DNA of 64,000 nucleotides from Sinanodonta woodiana (Eukaryota): NCBI GenBank assembly GCA_046254885.1, contig CM100994.1, positions 93,638,727 to 93,702,726 of the forward strand, read 5' to 3'. Shown piece by piece: positions 61,680 to 64,000 of this stretch (position 1 is its first letter; each line of letters starts with the position of its first letter). The notes under the pieces were generated by a model. It saw only the letters and a program-made list of their open reading frames with translations, ran no database searches and was not told where the DNA came from. The position numbers and the translations under genes were made by a program.

Positions 61680-62552
61680 CTACATGAGGCGGCGATGAAA
61701 TCTTTCAGATTTTCCATTGAAGGATTTCGATGATATCTTTGCGAGTACATTTAACACTTCGCGTCCGCATATCGGTGGATCATTTAATTGTTGTGTTGGT
61801 AGCGTGGAATAGAAAACAGGAATTGAAAATCTTTTTATATACCGCATGAACTCTGCTGGTGGAGCTAACCCATATGAATCAAAATAAACAATTCCACGTG
61901 GATCAATCGCGTATGCTACCCAATGAGTTCCTTCCCCGGTGGAATTATCAAGATTGATTATGCCGGTTTCAACATCATTAGGAGTTTTCGGTAACTGATC
62001 TCTCAAAAATACTGCTCGGAAGTTTTTCAATGACAATGATTTAGCGGCATCGATTAAATCAAAATTCGACATAGGAGTAATCGGTCGCGTTAATAAATTG
62101 TTCCTGGTATTCTTAAACCGCTTCCCTTGTACCATGTGTGAGGAGTTCCTGGTAATCTTAGACCCTTTCCCTTTTGTATAACCTTTTCCAGTTGCCTTTT
62201 TCAGGGCCATTCCTGCCGCGGTACCAACAGCTCCCAGCGCCGCTGCCTTCGCCACCGCTGGCGCTGCCGCCGCAATTAGCGCTGGAATAGCGGCTAACAA
62301 CGGAAATATACCGCCGGATTTTATCATATGGGCTATAGCAGCCTTTGAAAATTTTATCTGAACACCTTTTTTGTTCTTATTTTCATCATTGAAATGTTTT
62401 ATTTGACGATCAGTCAACGCAATTTTATGATTACCACCAGTCATCTGTGATGGCTTTAACGTTATTGTAGTTCCGGACTCCTTAGCTGACTTTGATTTTA
62501 ATTTTTTGACCTGACCATCGGTCAGTGATACATTAACAACACTATACGACAT
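61680..62552 (-). CDS. adenain-like cysteine protease (intact, 290 aa) with a hydrophobic Ala/Gly-rich N-terminal extension
   Basis: GEGTHWVAYAIDPRGIVYFDSYGLAPP...TQQLNDPPICGREVLNVL. The N-terminal region has GGIFPLLAAIPALIAAAAPAVAKAAALGAVGTAAGMALKKATG. Confidence 0.7.
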   Translation of the reverse strand: MSYSVVNVSLTDGQVKKLKSKSAKESGTTITLKPSQMTGGNHKIALTDRQIKHFNDENKNKKGVQIKFSKAAIAHMIKSGGIFPLLAAIPALIAAAAPAVAKAAALGAVGTAAGMALKKATGKGYTKGKGSKITRNSSHMVQGKRFKNTRNNLLTRPITPMSNFDLIDAAKSLSLKNFRAVFLRDQLPKTPNDVETGIINLDNSTGEGTHWVAYAIDPRGIVYFDSYGLAPPAEFMRYIKRFSIPVFYSTLPTQQLNDPPICGREVLNVLAKISSKSFNGKSERFHRRLM

Positions 62553-62605
62553 TTTATTGTAAAATCATTTACACTTTCAATTGATCTAATCCAAAGGATT
62601 TTCAA

Positions 62606-64000
62606 CTACATATTTTCCACTGGTGCATCAATAAGTCTCATTCGTCCGCCAACACCCTCCAACTGCATTGATTTATTACTAAGAATGACAGCAATTGCTC
62701 TATAAGCAGTACCCGCTGGAGCAATACGAGCTTTAAAGTGAATATCAAAAACAGATTTTCTCATTAGATCGAGATGTCCAAGTGAAAAGTAATATATCGG
62801 ATATAAACTTTTAAAATCAAGTTGAGATATTTGTAAACCAGTATCGACATTTTGATCACGGCCCATAAATGACAGCAACTGATGATAAACTCGTGCTAAA
62901 TTATTTTCATTAAAATTGAGTTGTATACTTTCGGCTGGTTCCTGCTGACCATTTATTCTCAGGGAAACTTCGCTGACTCCTAGTTTGTCAAATATCATGT
63001 GAGATCTTTCTTGATTATTTAATCGGTCAGCATTTTGCAGTGCTATAAATATATGATGAGGAGCTGAAATTCCTTGTTGTGATGCTAGGTGCCATGTAAA
63101 AGTGTCAGCGGCAGCGCCCTCCCTTGAATCAGTTGTTGTTGTTAACCAGCTCAATAGTGATTTTCCTCCTACTTCCATGAATGAAAGTAACTTTTGTTCT
63201 ACGGCAATTGATGGAACCATCACTGGCATCCACAGTGCTAGTTTACTTAAAATAACCTTACCAGAGTCGCCACCAGTTCGCCATATCGCATTGTCGTCGT
63301 CTCCTCTTCTAGTTATCGAGATTGTATGCTTTGCTCCGTAGATAACTTTTCTAACATTTCTACAGAATCCAAATATATGATGCAACGGAATCGCGCATGA
63401 AAACTTTTTACGGGCTCCTTCTAATGTTGCCTTTCGTGTTGCAAATCCTAGATTGTAATCATTATTTTTTTATATTAGTGCAGGGGTTGCTGCTACAGTT
63501 ACTGTTGGTACTGCACCAGCACCAACACCGGCCACTACCCCTGCAGCTCCTGAACCCCCTACATTACCAGCAGTCAAATCAATATGATCAGCGTTATTAG
63601 AAGTATCCTTAGCGAACATCATTGAGGGACCAGCTGACCTTATATAATCATCAGAGTATCTTGCTAATCCGATTATTGTTGTTGCAATATCAACGTTATC
63701 ATTTATCGATTCAATTTCTTTTCCATCAATGAGATATTTTGCATTGCTAAATAACGCCATGATACCGTTGTTTACAAATCCAACTCGATCATTTGCGCCA
63801 TACACTGCTGGCACAGCAGGAGTATCAGTAGCCTTTACAAGTTCTCCTTCAACTTCAATAAATGCTTCACACGGTAAAAAGTATTTGCTGGTATCTTGGA
63901 CTTGGATATCAATTCGTCCTATTTGGTTGGGGTGGGTAGCATGATAAGCATAATACTGATAATTACGAACTGAATCATCTTTACGTACTGGTGCTTCCAT
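62606..64000 (-). pseudogene. candidate major capsid protein (5' end beyond the window; one frame break at 63386-63469)
   Basis: 63470..64000 and 62606..63385. The C-terminal 259 aa are in one ORF (HIFGFCRNVRKVIYGAKHT...GGRMRLIDAPVENM). Confidence 0.4.

Larger units (their letters stand above)
57991..64000. mobile_element. element II-b (partial; continues past the window end), structural module on the minus strand
   Basis: Terminus agcagcagagggggagaac at 57991, a ~530-bp terminal region, then H, G, F, E, D, protease and MCP homologs on the minus strand. Confidence 0.6.

Overview
AT-rich eukaryotic (animal-type) genomic window. Bases 1-5747 are host repeat DNA: a 40-bp satellite, a decayed CR1/L2-like LINE ORF2 fragment with a (CATA)n tail, and a 507-bp (TTAC)n microsatellite. 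The rest is dominated by four copies of a 15-17 kb Polinton/Maverick-like integrated dsDNA-virus-like element family, in three levels of nesting. All four copies share termini 5'-AGCAGCAG...CTGCTGCT-3' and TIRs of about 200-500 bp.

Gene set:
- FtsK/HerA-type (A32-like) packaging ATPase (Walker A GSGKTQ, Walker B VVYDDV, RGRHKN...Q..IP..IRDN motif).
- A retroviral-type rve integrase with an exact DD35E core.
- An adenain-like Cys protease (GTHWV...FDSYG...Q...PPICG).
- A candidate major capsid protein of about 520 aa and a candidate minor capsid protein of about 350 aa.
- A predicted membrane protein.
- A C4 zinc-finger protein fused to a parvovirus-type secreted PLA2 domain (YxGxG / HDxxY).
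- An HNH endonuclease and a small zinc-ribbon protein.
- An HTH plus coiled-coil protein.
- No protein-primed PolB. Instead there is an approximately 1,020-aa replicase whose C-terminus is a superfamily-1 helicase (GPGGCGKTT, CGDHGQPPPF, TIHSxQGLT) and whose N-terminal 600 aa are of unknown function.

Architecture:
- Element I-A (5748-37359, TSD GTTCA) is split in its replicase gene by a nested insertion of element I-B (9618-26589, 16,972 bp, TSD GCCTT).
- I-B is itself interrupted by a 1,981-bp MULE DNA transposon (20987-22967, 9-bp TSD AGAGTTGCC, frameshifted transposase).
- A second subfamily (II-a 38488-54203; II-b 57991 to beyond the window end) carries the same genes, but the structural module is inverted relative to the replication/integration module.
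- Most genes carry frameshifts or in-frame TAA codons. A striking fraction of the frameshifts sit in A/T homopolymers of 7 nt or more, so true decay cannot be separated from long-read homopolymer error, or from programmed slippage at the PLA2 gene, using sequence alone.
- The host DNA between II-a and II-b contains (GT)n, (CA)n and (GA)n microsatellites and a 670-bp foldback element.
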